Virus record (IMG/VR): IMGVR_UViG_3300015050_000492
Coordinates: 1-32,301 of that record
Strand: one strand, 5' to 3'
Source: a virus
Taxonomy: Duplodnaviria; Caudoviricetes
DNA: 32,301 nt
The position numbers were made by a program, and so were the translations under genes. This document shows positions 1-7,967 of the stretch, one piece after another. Every line of letters starts with the position of its first letter. Position 1 is the stretch's first letter. Under the pieces are notes generated by a model that searched no databases, was not told where the DNA came from, and saw only the letters and a list, made by a program, of their open reading frames with translations.

Positions 1-1599
1 ACGCAAACTGTACCACAGATTCGAGATCGGATTGAACAGCCACATTTGGCCAGCCACGGTTTTGATCTTCTGTGCCGCTGCTACTTTCTTGATGGCCCAA
101 TTTTTCTTCCAATAGATTTTCCATACTTCCTCTGCTTTCGCAATGCTAATGTCGGCAGTGAGGGCGAGACGAGGCGGGCCAGCACCGTACTGACAGGCGT
201 AATTGCCATTCTTGAAAATATCACGGATCGGCTTGATTGATTTGTCTTCTCCTGACTTATAGCGTTGAACTTGTTCCACACTAACCTCTCCGCCAAGGAG
301 AGCCAACGAGAGATGCGGATCGTAGTCATCAGTAGACATTTCCTTTACGTATTCAGGGTCATAGGGATAGATGAAATGTTGCTTGAGCCTGTCTTCTAGG
401 CCGCTCATATCAGAGCCGCATAGTTCCATTCCTTCCCTAGCAATCAACGCTCCACGAATCTCTTCTCCATAAGGCTTGTTAACCTTCGGTAGGTTAACCA
501 CAGTCTTATGTTTAAAACGGAGAGTGTTGGTTAGTCCTGCTATCTCTGCCTTTACAAATCCTTGTTCATCAGCAGAACTAACGAACCCATTAAGAATGCC
601 GATGCGATGAGAGACGACGCCAAGGTCAGCCAAGGATTCGATAGCTGGCTCCAACTGCTGTAGGCGTACCACAGAAGGGCAAATCCCGCCCCCATGCTCA
701 AGATTGATCTGAGGAATCTTTCTAACATTGCCGTCTTCTTCCTTTACGAATTTAAATGTTGCGGGTTTCCATCCGAGAGAGAACAACCAATCCTTGACCT
801 GCTGATGCGAGCCGGGATTAGGCGCTTCGCTCCCCACAACTTCCTTGACAGGTTCGTTGTGGTCGGGTGGTAGTTTCATTTGTTCTAATAGATGAAACCA
901 ACGACTTCCTGCTACGGAATAGGTTCCATCCTTCTTGTATGGCTTCTCAGGTCGCTTACGGAGGGCATACACGGGCATTTGGGGCATGACAGCACCCAGC
1001 GTAGCCAGTTTATCTAAACGCCTGTCAGTGAGCTTCTTAAGCGATTGTAGAGCATAGTCCTTGTCTAGTCGCCATTTGCTGCGTTCTTGCTCACGAGCAC
1101 AGTCCATCTTGAAGGACAAGTATTCAATGAGCTTCTTAGCTTCTTCCCAACTTCCGTAGATACGCTCAAGTAGAGAACGTTGCTTCTTCCAGAGTTTGAC
1201 ATTGATCTTGACATCTTCCTCACAACGATGGATGTATTCTTCTACAGAAAGGTTCTTCCAATCATCTACAGGAGGTTTGGGGACATTGAAATCACTGCCC
1301 CAAGAATCAAGCCCATGAATGTTCCGATCAGGATAGAGATACCAAGAAATAGGAAGAGTGTCGACCAACTGAGTTTTGTTTCGGGGTGTAGCCACCAAGC
1401 GAGTAAGCAAAGGAACATCATAACGAATAATGTTATGACCGATAAGGACGTCAGCATTTTCAATAAATTCCTTTATGTCATGAGTGGAAGTAAGCGATCT
1501 ATGTTCGCCAGTGAGAAGGTTATGATAACTAAGACAGTGAATACGAGTAGCTTCATCTAGTAGGCCATCTGCTTCTATATCAAATACATATATATTCAT
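1..1599 (-). CDS. DNA polymerase family A with N-terminal 3'-5' exonuclease (3' end runs off window)
   Basis: Hand translation from ATG 1599 is open to base 1 (533 codons): MNIYVFDIEADG (ExoI), GHNIIRYDVPLL (ExoII), YIHRCEEDV (ExoIII), GSDMSGLEDR (motif A), RDIFKNGNYACQYGAG (motif B). Not in the ORF track because no stop lies in the window. Confidence 0.96.
   Translation of the reverse strand, partial: MNIYVFDIEADGLLDEATRIHCLSYHNLLTGEHRSLTSTHDIKEFIENADVLIGHNIIRYDVPLLTRLVATPRNKTQLVDTLPISWYLYPDRNIHGLDSWGSDFNVPKPPVDDWKNLSVEEYIHRCEEDVKINVKLWKKQRSLLERIYGSWEEAKKLIEYLSFKMDCAREQERSKWRLDKDYALQSLKKLTDRRLDKLATLGAVMPQMPVYALRKRPEKPYKKDGTYSVAGSRWFHLLEQMKLPPDHNEPVKEVVGSEAPNPGSHQQVKDWLFSLGWKPATFKFVKEEDGNVRKIPQINLEHGGGICPSVVRLQQLEPAIESLADLGVVSHRIGILNGFVSSADEQGFVKAEIAGLTNTLRFKHKTVVNLPKVNKPYGEEIRGALIAREGMELCGSDMSGLEDRLKQHFIYPYDPEYVKEMSTDDYDPHLSLALLGGEVSVEQVQRYKSGEDKSIKPIRDIFKNGNYACQYGAGPPRLALTADISIAKAEEVWKIYWKKNWAIKKVAAAQKIKTVAGQMWLFNPISNLWYSLR
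938..1056. repeat. Long imperfect inverted repeat (hairpin element copy A) inside the polymerase CDS
   Basis: GTCGCTTA pairs with TAAGCGAT and ACGGGCATTTGGG pairs with TCTAAACGCCTGT (G-T allowed, one mismatch). The right arm 1014-1049 matches 12908-12943 in reverse complement at 29/36 positions. Confidence 0.65.
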
Positions 1600-1758
1600 C
1601 TAACCTGCTATTGGAATTTGACGTTCTAATTCAGCAATATATTCTTGCTCATCTTGAAGTTGAATTTTAAGTTCTTCAATCTTCTGTTTCAATTCGTCAC
1701 GTTCTTTTTCTAAATTACTAATTCGTTCTTCCATATTAGAAATCCAATCACTTGGCAT
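1600..1758 (-). CDS. Small coiled-coil protein (52 aa)
   Basis: Hand translation MPSDWISNMEERISNLEKERDELKQKIEELKIQLQDEQEYIAELERQIPIAG; AGGAG RBS; its TAG abuts the polymerase ATG. Confidence 0.75.
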   Translation of the reverse strand: MPSDWISNMEERISNLEKERDELKQKIEELKIQLQDEQEYIAELERQIPIAG

Positions 1759-1827
1759 CTTTATCTCCTATATTATATATGTATATATAGATATACTATT
1801 ATATATGGTATAGAGATTAACATAATA

Positions 1828-2325
1828 CTAATACTTGTTCTTACTATAAACTCCATACATATCATTTCTATAACGATGGATAATCTGTCTTACATTACTA
1901 TGAGACAGTCCAGTATATTCAGCTATATCCCTAGTCTTATAACCATAGAGAAGAAACATAGACAACACTTGCCTATGTGTATTCTTCTTCATATCCCTAA
2001 GAACTACAACTGCTGTGATCTTTTCTCGGCGATACGGAATTAGTTCTGTACCGTCGTCGTCCATCAGTTCCTTCGAGACACCTCTGTCTCGTTCAATCTC
2101 TCTTACATCGTTGAGAACGTTACGTAAAATTCCTTCAAACCATTTGTTGAATTCATCTTTCTTCTCATCGAATGTAGCGTAATACTTCAAGGCACGAGTG
2201 TAAGCTTCCTGTACACATTCCTCAGCAACAGCCTTGGATTGATTAGGAGCCTTCCATGTCGTCCTCTTTACCAACCTACTATAGTTTTCTACGTAGTGGT
2301 GTCCGATGATTTCATTCCTCGACAT
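1828..2325 (-). CDS. ECF-like RNA polymerase sigma factor (sigma70 regions 2 and 4)
   Basis: Region 2-like AEECVQEAYTRALK...FNKWFEGILRNVLND; region 4 HTH RQVLSMFLLYGYKTRDIAEYTGLSHSNVRQIIHRYR. ATG 2325 preferred over TTG 2355, start uncertain. Confidence 0.9.
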   Translation of the reverse strand: MSRNEIIGHHYVENYSRLVKRTTWKAPNQSKAVAEECVQEAYTRALKYYATFDEKKDEFNKWFEGILRNVLNDVREIERDRGVSKELMDDDGTELIPYRREKITAVVVLRDMKKNTHRQVLSMFLLYGYKTRDIAEYTGLSHSNVRQIIHRYRNDMYGVYSKNKY

Positions 2326-2482
2326 AGGTTTCACTAGAAATATATTGTTCTTCAAGAACTGCTTCTACCCAGCCATCAAGCCAAGCATTCCATTCTTCGG
2401 GTTCTTCATGGTAGTGATATGGGTTTTCATCTTCACCAAATCCTTGCCACCTTGCAGCCTTACCTTCATCAAAAGGGGTCAT
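2312..2482 (-). CDS. RMF/CrpP-fold-like small protein (56 aa)
   Basis: Hand translation MTPFDEGKAARWQGFGEDENPYHYHEEPEEWNAWLDGWVEAVLEEQYISSETYVEE; ATG overlaps the primase stop (TAATG); G-x-x-A-x3-G...PY...W-x-x-GW pattern as in RMF. Confidence 0.7.
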   Translation of the reverse strand: MTPFDEGKAARWQGFGEDENPYHYHEEPEEWNAWLDGWVEAVLEEQYISSETYVEE

Positions 2483-4206
2483 TACAGCTCCTCAAATTTA
2501 GTGTTGTTATGGTTCCAATACAAGCCAAACCTACCTGTCTCACCGAACTCTCGGTCTTCAAGAAGAACCAAGTCTCTCCGGTTCTTAACCGCTTCATCAA
2601 CTACATCAGGGTCTTTATTCCCTTCAAGTCCAAGCATCATATTACATGAACGCATCATAGCTCGACTACCAGCAAACTGTGCTGAATATACATTACCACC
2701 AGACTCATGAGGGCAGTTACCAAGACCGATATACTTGCCGTCATGATAGTATTTCTCACGACGTTCCTTGGCTATGTTACCTTCAGGTGCTTTTAGATGA
2801 CAAAAGATGAAGATGACGATATTGTAATCCAAGGCCATAGCCGCCAAATCTTGTGCGATTTCTTGGAGTTTAGTATTAGCCTCACCAGAGTCAATGCCAT
2901 TTGTGAGGTTGGTGATAGGATCAATAAAGACAGCCTTAGCTCCCCAACCGACAGCCGCAATAATATCTGTTTTGAGACTTTCCCACCCAAGATGCTGGTA
3001 GAGATTGACCATAGCAAGCTTCCCCTTAAGAGTCTCACCTGCTTTGTCGTATGCATCGTAATCAAACTCCTTATCAGGATCATGGAAATATTTACCAGCA
3101 ATCTTACCTGCCAGCAGCTTATAGGTTTTCTTGTTTCCTTCTTCTGGCTTGGCCATAAACACTTTGATACCGTGATGTTCAATGAAATGAGCAGCAGTTG
3201 CATTAAGCAACTCACTCTTCCCCATCTTCACACCAGCACCGATATAGATTGTTTCTCCGTATCGAATGCCACGGGTTTTAGCGTTCAAATGTTCCCAAGG
3301 CCAAGTCAAATCACCGTACTTGGCTACCTCACGAGCTTCCTCGTGGAGAGATTCACCAAAAACAAGACGTGTATTCTTAGGCTTCTCTGCATTAAACATC
3401 ACAGCGTTGAAGCAAGCCTTAGCAAAGCCATCAATCAACGCCTGATTAGCATCCTTACTAGGAAGCTTAGCAGAGATTGCTTCTGGCAACACCTTCATAA
3501 CTTCTTCAACTGCTTCTTGACCAGCTTTGTCCTGATCAAACGCTAGAACTATTTCTTTCCATCGTCCTTTGATTTCGTTCTTGAAGCGTGCCAGAAAGCG
3601 AGGAGCCCCAGCAGAACCAAAAGGAATAGAGATAATAGCGGGTTTATTATCAACCCACTCAGACTTAGTGAACCTATCAACAATACGAGATAGAGCAATC
3701 GCATCATCCTCTCCTTCAGTGATGATTAGTCTCTTGCCCCCTTGTCCTTTGGCTATTTCCCAACCAAATGGATCGCAGTCCTTCATTTCACCGATGGACC
3801 ACATCTTCTTCTTCTCCCCATTACGGGGGATAAGCTTAGCCTTGTAGGCTACTACCTTACCGGCCTTTGTATATGGATAATAAACTACTTCTGGTGTAAC
3901 ACCATCCGCTTCAGATACAGCAACTCTGACTCCGAAAGTTGCCAGCGCCTCTGCCGAGAGCTTCTTGTGATCAAGGGCAAGGGCCTGATAGCCTCCGATT
4001 TCTGCAATCTCAACATCAATCTGTTCCTTAGTTTTAGGTTTTGGTGCTTCAATTGTGTTAGCCATACGAGGCTCCCCGAAGGGGTTGGCTTCATATGTAG
4101 CACAAGCAAAGCAATAACCTGAAGTTGTTCCGTCTTCCTCTGCGAAGACCTGCAAGCCATCCCTACTACCACATGAGTGGGGAAGCTTCACGAGACATTG
4201 TCCCAA
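2482..4206 (-). CDS. T7 gp4-like DNA primase-helicase
   Basis: N-terminal Zn motif (HSCGSRDG...YCFAC), TOPRIM (ITEGEDDA, LAFDQDKAG), Walker A GAGVKMGKS, VFIDPI, IFCHLK, FAGSRAM. Confidence 0.95.
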   Translation of the reverse strand: MGQCLVKLPHSCGSRDGLQVFAEEDGTTSGYCFACATYEANPFGEPRMANTIEAPKPKTKEQIDVEIAEIGGYQALALDHKKLSAEALATFGVRVAVSEADGVTPEVVYYPYTKAGKVVAYKAKLIPRNGEKKKMWSIGEMKDCDPFGWEIAKGQGGKRLIITEGEDDAIALSRIVDRFTKSEWVDNKPAIISIPFGSAGAPRFLARFKNEIKGRWKEIVLAFDQDKAGQEAVEEVMKVLPEAISAKLPSKDANQALIDGFAKACFNAVMFNAEKPKNTRLVFGESLHEEAREVAKYGDLTWPWEHLNAKTRGIRYGETIYIGAGVKMGKSELLNATAAHFIEHHGIKVFMAKPEEGNKKTYKLLAGKIAGKYFHDPDKEFDYDAYDKAGETLKGKLAMVNLYQHLGWESLKTDIIAAVGWGAKAVFIDPITNLTNGIDSGEANTKLQEIAQDLAAMALDYNIVIFIFCHLKAPEGNIAKERREKYYHDGKYIGLGNCPHESGGNVYSAQFAGSRAMMRSCNMMLGLEGNKDPDVVDEAVKNRRDLVLLEDREFGETGRFGLYWNHNNTKFEEL

Positions 4207-4215
4207 TTAAATTCC

Positions 4216-4506
4216 TTATGTAGAGATACCTAGAAGCTTTTTAGCTTCTGCAATACGCTGGTTCTTATAATAGTTTTCACGCTGTACTCGGACTTGTTCT
4301 TCACCATCAGTTTCTAAGCGGAGGAAATAAACTTCCAAATCCACAGATGCAGAGCCGTATTCTTCACGAGCATCCAGATCAATAAGAACTTCTTCAGGAT
4401 TGGGGGCTGTTGAAGCCACCTCTTGTAGAGTTTTAATGAACGCACTCAATGTTGCAGCGTATTCCATTCCACCTTTGTGGAGGACGTGTCGAACTTTCTG
4501 TTTCAT
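4216..4506 (-). CDS. Hypothetical protein
   Basis: 96-aa ORF coupled to the upstream gene by an ATGA overlap; same strand as the operon. Confidence 0.75.
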   Translation of the reverse strand: MKQKVRHVLHKGGMEYAATLSAFIKTLQEVASTAPNPEEVLIDLDAREEYGSASVDLEVYFLRLETDGEEQVRVQRENYYKNQRIAEAKKLLGIST

Positions 4507-4895
4507 ACCAAATCTCCTAGGTCTGGAGCCTTGTAATTAGGCCCCTTCAAAACTTTACCATCGTCCCTGTAAATAGGCTTACCGTCGTCACCGAGCTTGC
4601 TCATATTACTTTCATGAACGCGCTTAAAAGCTTCGATAAGTTGACTACCAAGCCCAAGGGAGACGAATGTTCCTAGTAGTACATATAGGAGATCGGCTCC
4701 CTCTTTCAAGAGGTTGGGAGGGATTTTTCCATTAGCATACCCATTCCACAACTCATCGTACAACTCATCACATTCCTCTTCATGTAGATCACAACGAAGA
4801 TGAATGAATGAATTCTTATTGATTAGATTAGGTTCATCAACCGGATGACCAAACGCTCGATGGAATTCCTCCATCATTTTCAGTTGTTCATGCAT
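4503..4895 (-). CDS. MazG-like (DR2231-type) nucleoside triphosphate pyrophosphohydrolase
   Basis: EFHRAFGHP, EEECDE, KEGADLLYV and VHESNMSKLGDDGKPIYRDDGKVLKGPNY motifs typical of all-alpha NTP-PPases; GGAGG RBS. Confidence 0.88.
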   Translation of the reverse strand: MHEQLKMMEEFHRAFGHPVDEPNLINKNSFIHLRCDLHEEECDELYDELWNGYANGKIPPNLLKEGADLLYVLLGTFVSLGLGSQLIEAFKRVHESNMSKLGDDGKPIYRDDGKVLKGPNYKAPDLGDLV

Positions 4896-5089
4896 CACAA
4901 ACCTCCATCTTCATCGAGGATATTACCCCAAGATTTCACCCACTCTTGCCATCGTGCCATTTCAAAATCAACTGAGCCACGATCATCAGCCTCAAGACAA
5001 TAGGTTAGAGATGCCTTCAACCTTTCTACAAATTCCTCAGCAGAAGGGGCTGGTATATTTTTGTCAGAAATTGTACTCTTCCCGATCAT
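4895..5089 (-). CDS. Hypothetical protein
   Basis: ORF in operon orientation, TGATG coupling at both ends, GGGAG RBS. Confidence 0.65.
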   Translation of the reverse strand: MIGKSTISDKNIPAPSAEEFVERLKASLTYCLEADDRGSVDFEMARWQEWVKSWGNILDEDGGL

Positions 5090-5217
5090 CAATTAACTCC
5101 CACCTTCTGTTCATTAACTTGTGGTAGAATGGTTCTGTTTCCCTCCACAGAAAGCCGGGCAATAGTATCAAAAAGCCACTCATAAAACTCACTAGCTTTA
5201 ATTCTACGTTTTTCCAT
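5089..5217 (-). CDS. Small hypothetical protein (42 aa)
   Basis: Hand translation MEKRRIKASEFYEWLFDTIARLSVEGNRTILPQVNEQKVGVN; fills the gap and couples to the next ATG. Confidence 0.5.
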   Translation of the reverse strand: MEKRRIKASEFYEWLFDTIARLSVEGNRTILPQVNEQKVGVN

Positions 5218-5229
5218 AGTTACACTCTC

Positions 5230-5253
5230 ATGATTGAAACTTTGTTTCAACAT
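5230..5253 (-). other. Short stem-loop immediately after the amidoligase stop
   Basis: TTGAAAC-AAA-GTTTCAA on the minus strand with ATG/CAT extension; no U-tract, so not called a terminator. Confidence 0.4.
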
Positions 5254-6099
5254 TTAAAGGCTCCTCCGAAACGGGTTGGCACTCGTATCCTTATACATAG
5301 TCCAGTCAGTACAAAAAGCAAGAGGCTGGATAAGACGAACACCATCCTTCACCATTTGCTTATAACCGGGCACCATGAACAGGTCTGCATATTCACCAAG
5401 AACAGTACGAACGAACTGAGCTTCACCACCCATACTCATGAGCTTAGCTACCTCAGCGGGGTTCTCAAAGTTCTTAGCACTCAATCGTACACGATCGATA
5501 ATCTTAACCCAAGTGAAGATAGCATTGAGATCAGGCGTACCACGCATGGCCCTGAATTCAATAGAGCCATACTTGAACAGAGAGCACGGATTGAGGGAGC
5601 AATAACGAATGTTATCATTCTTCAGATTACCGAATTTGTGAGTACGTGCACTATCTACCAGCTCATCGATGATGAACTCAGCATCCTTAGCACGGAGACA
5701 GAAGTGATTACCTTCTCGCTGCTCCCCACAGAACTTGAGAAGGAGTTCTTCGAGAATGAAATACGTCACCATGAAAGTGAACAATTCCTTTGGCGTATAA
5801 TCCTGCACATTCACATGCACATGGACACCAGAGGTCTGAGTTTCTTCCACTACAGTCTTGAGCTTCTTGTACTGAGCATCAAGATAGTTGAGAGCTATCT
5901 TCACCCCTTCGAGGGAGGAGGGCTCATTCATGACGTATTCCTTAGCCTCAAGACCAGCCTGAAGGCTACCATCGTTATGAACTGACCAATAATCATCAAG
6001 GTCCATAGGAAGCTTACGCCCCTCTGCCTCAATCTCAACTGCGTATCGTCCTTCCTTCTCTCGAAGGCCGGGGATGATACTAAGAATAACGTTCTTCAT
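5254..6099 (-). CDS. Putative amidoligase (Amidoligase_2, glutamine-synthetase-like COOH-NH2 ligase fold)
   Basis: YAVEIEAEG, WSVHNDGSL, SGVHVHVN, RYCSLN, SIEFR motifs; start moved to ATG 6099 (GGAGGT RBS). Confidence 0.88.
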   Translation of the reverse strand: MKNVILSIIPGLREKEGRYAVEIEAEGRKLPMDLDDYWSVHNDGSLQAGLEAKEYVMNEPSSLEGVKIALNYLDAQYKKLKTVVEETQTSGVHVHVNVQDYTPKELFTFMVTYFILEELLLKFCGEQREGNHFCLRAKDAEFIIDELVDSARTHKFGNLKNDNIRYCSLNPCSLFKYGSIEFRAMRGTPDLNAIFTWVKIIDRVRLSAKNFENPAEVAKLMSMGGEAQFVRTVLGEYADLFMVPGYKQMVKDGVRLIQPLAFCTDWTMYKDTSANPFRRSL

Positions 6100-6100
6100 T

Positions 6101-6295
6101 TCAACCTCCACACGTACAGTTATTACCACAATAACAACCGTCCCAAGTCCAACGATTATCTCGTAGCTTTTCAAGTTTTGTCTGCCACTCCAAATAGTAT
6201 TCCTTAGAACGGTGATGAGTACCAAAACTCAGAATTATCTCGTGGAGAGTTCCTAATTCTTCATCAGTAAAATAAAAATCCTTACCCTTCTTCAT
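6101..6295 (-). CDS. Small protein with C-terminal Cys cluster (CYCGNNCTCGG)
   Basis: 64-aa ORF, GGAG RBS, fills the gap in the cluster. Confidence 0.7.
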   Translation of the reverse strand: MKKGKDFYFTDEELGTLHEIILSFGTHHRSKEYYLEWQTKLEKLRDNRWTWDGCYCGNNCTCGG

Positions 6296-6874
6296 TTACA
6301 AACTCTCCTCTAGTGCCTCTTTCGTCCACCAATAATCATCAGCGAGCTTATACTCACGACGAACAGGGTCGATCATTCGGCCAATCAAATACTTACCACG
6401 ATGATAAATATTCCATTCAATATCCATAGCGAAGTGACGACACCACGCCTTACTGAAAATCCTCTCCTTACCATTAGTGAGGGCCTTAACTGTGTCCCCG
6501 TAGGTAGGATAGATTCCCTGAATAGTAGCCCCCAACACTTTAGACGGAATCTTTTCACGAACACGAAGATCATCATCCTTTGTGAATTCAATCCAACGAA
6601 TATTCTTCCATCGTGCTCCCTGCTTCCAATCATTACGCATTGGAGAACGAACAAGATAGGGAGAAGTCCCATTAGTATTGGCATAGCCGAGAGGAACAGG
6701 ATTGATGTCTAGTTCATCGTAGTTGAAGATGACATCCTTACCAGAGAGGAGTTCCTTAGCCACCACTTGCTTCTGAGCAATTTGTAGCACTTCTACTGCT
6801 GTCCCGTCCTTACGACGGACGAACGTACCAACTACACGATTTACTGCATACGCTTCACTGTCGTAGTTACGCAT
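6296..6874 (-). CDS. Hypothetical protein within amidoligase cluster
   Basis: Long ORF in operon orientation; ATG 6874 (MRNYDSEAY) overlapping the upstream gene end is the likely start. Confidence 0.75.
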   Translation of the reverse strand: MRNYDSEAYAVNRVVGTFVRRKDGTAVEVLQIAQKQVVAKELLSGKDVIFNYDELDINPVPLGYANTNGTSPYLVRSPMRNDWKQGARWKNIRWIEFTKDDDLRVREKIPSKVLGATIQGIYPTYGDTVKALTNGKERIFSKAWCRHFAMDIEWNIYHRGKYLIGRMIDPVRREYKLADDYWWTKEALEESL

Positions 6875-7952
6875 TCTGAGCACCAATTTCAGCAAGGAAG
6901 GCTTCAACATCAGCCTCATCTTCTCGAATCTGTCGAGCTATTTCAGCACCCTGTGCACGACGAGGGGCGGCAGGGGGCATTTCTCCAGCGAGATTCCATG
7001 GGTTATTAATGAAGCCTAAACCACCAGCACCAATTTCAAAATCAACAAGACCCCTCTTCACACCACGCTTCTGCCTAGCAAGCTCAGCCTTCTCAGGACC
7101 AACAGCATGTGTGTGAGCATTATTCACCCAATTGTTGTAGGTCTTCTTGAGGAGATCGGTACGGCCTACAGTATACTGTGCATACTCATAACCATAGCGG
7201 ACATCGTTCTGATTAATAAGACGTTGAGCTTCACCTTGACCAATAACCTTATTATAATCCATACCACCAATCAACTGGTCATAACTCCACTTGATGTCCT
7301 TGAACAACTCCTGACGGATAGCAACAGAATCAAGCCAGAAGTTACTAAGCACACGATACTCAACACCATAGGGCTTAGGACGATAGGCACCGGCCTTACC
7401 ATACAATTCACGACGACGAGGATCAGGATCGTACACTAGTCCCTTCAGACCAATACCAGCATCAAGCTGGATGGTCATCATCTGACAGGCTTCGATGTGC
7501 TCAGGGTTCTTGATGTCCTCATCCTCAGTCCAACCAAGATGGAAGTGACCAGATGCTGTACGGAAGTTCTTAGCAGCATCAGGAGGATTGTTAGCCTCAC
7601 CAGTATAGGCATTAAAGTCAGGATCACAGCCAAGAGCACGAGCCTCTTCAGGCTGTTGCTTAATATAATTAGGATCAAAATCAGCCACAGGTACGAGCGA
7701 AAATTCATATTCCGGACTCACCATTGCACGAAGATGCCGCATAACGCTCTGATAGTTACCTTCAAACTCTTCAAACGTTTCAGCGGGATTGATATTAATC
7801 TCCAGAGCCATGCCATCAACCTGCACAGCACCACCCAAAACCTTCTGAGGGCTCTTCTTAGTACCTTCAATCAATCCATAAGCAGAGATAAACTTACCGT
7901 CCTTCTTAACAAAGAATTCAGGATCAGCTCCAATGAGCAACTTGTTAGACAT
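6867..7952 (-). CDS. phiEco32-like COOH-NH2 ligase type 2
   Basis: IGADPEFF, VQVDGMALEINI, GCDPDFNAY, RTASGHFHLG, RRELYGKAGAYRPKPYGVEYRVLSNFW; AAGGAG RBS. Confidence 0.92.
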   Translation of the reverse strand: MSNKLLIGADPEFFVKKDGKFISAYGLIEGTKKSPQKVLGGAVQVDGMALEININPAETFEEFEGNYQSVMRHLRAMVSPEYEFSLVPVADFDPNYIKQQPEEARALGCDPDFNAYTGEANNPPDAAKNFRTASGHFHLGWTEDEDIKNPEHIEACQMMTIQLDAGIGLKGLVYDPDPRRRELYGKAGAYRPKPYGVEYRVLSNFWLDSVAIRQELFKDIKWSYDQLIGGMDYNKVIGQGEAQRLINQNDVRYGYEYAQYTVGRTDLLKKTYNNWVNNAHTHAVGPEKAELARQKRGVKRGLVDFEIGAGGLGFINNPWNLAGEMPPAAPRRAQGAEIARQIREDEADVEAFLAEIGAQNA

Positions 7953-7967
7953 ATATTTCTCCTTCGA

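Noticed and set aside
46-1560. Short ORFs 46-240, 81-329, 1180-1560 and 1266-1463 (the last looks like a membrane protein)
   Set aside because: All lie inside the DNA polymerase CDS in other frames or on the opposite strand.
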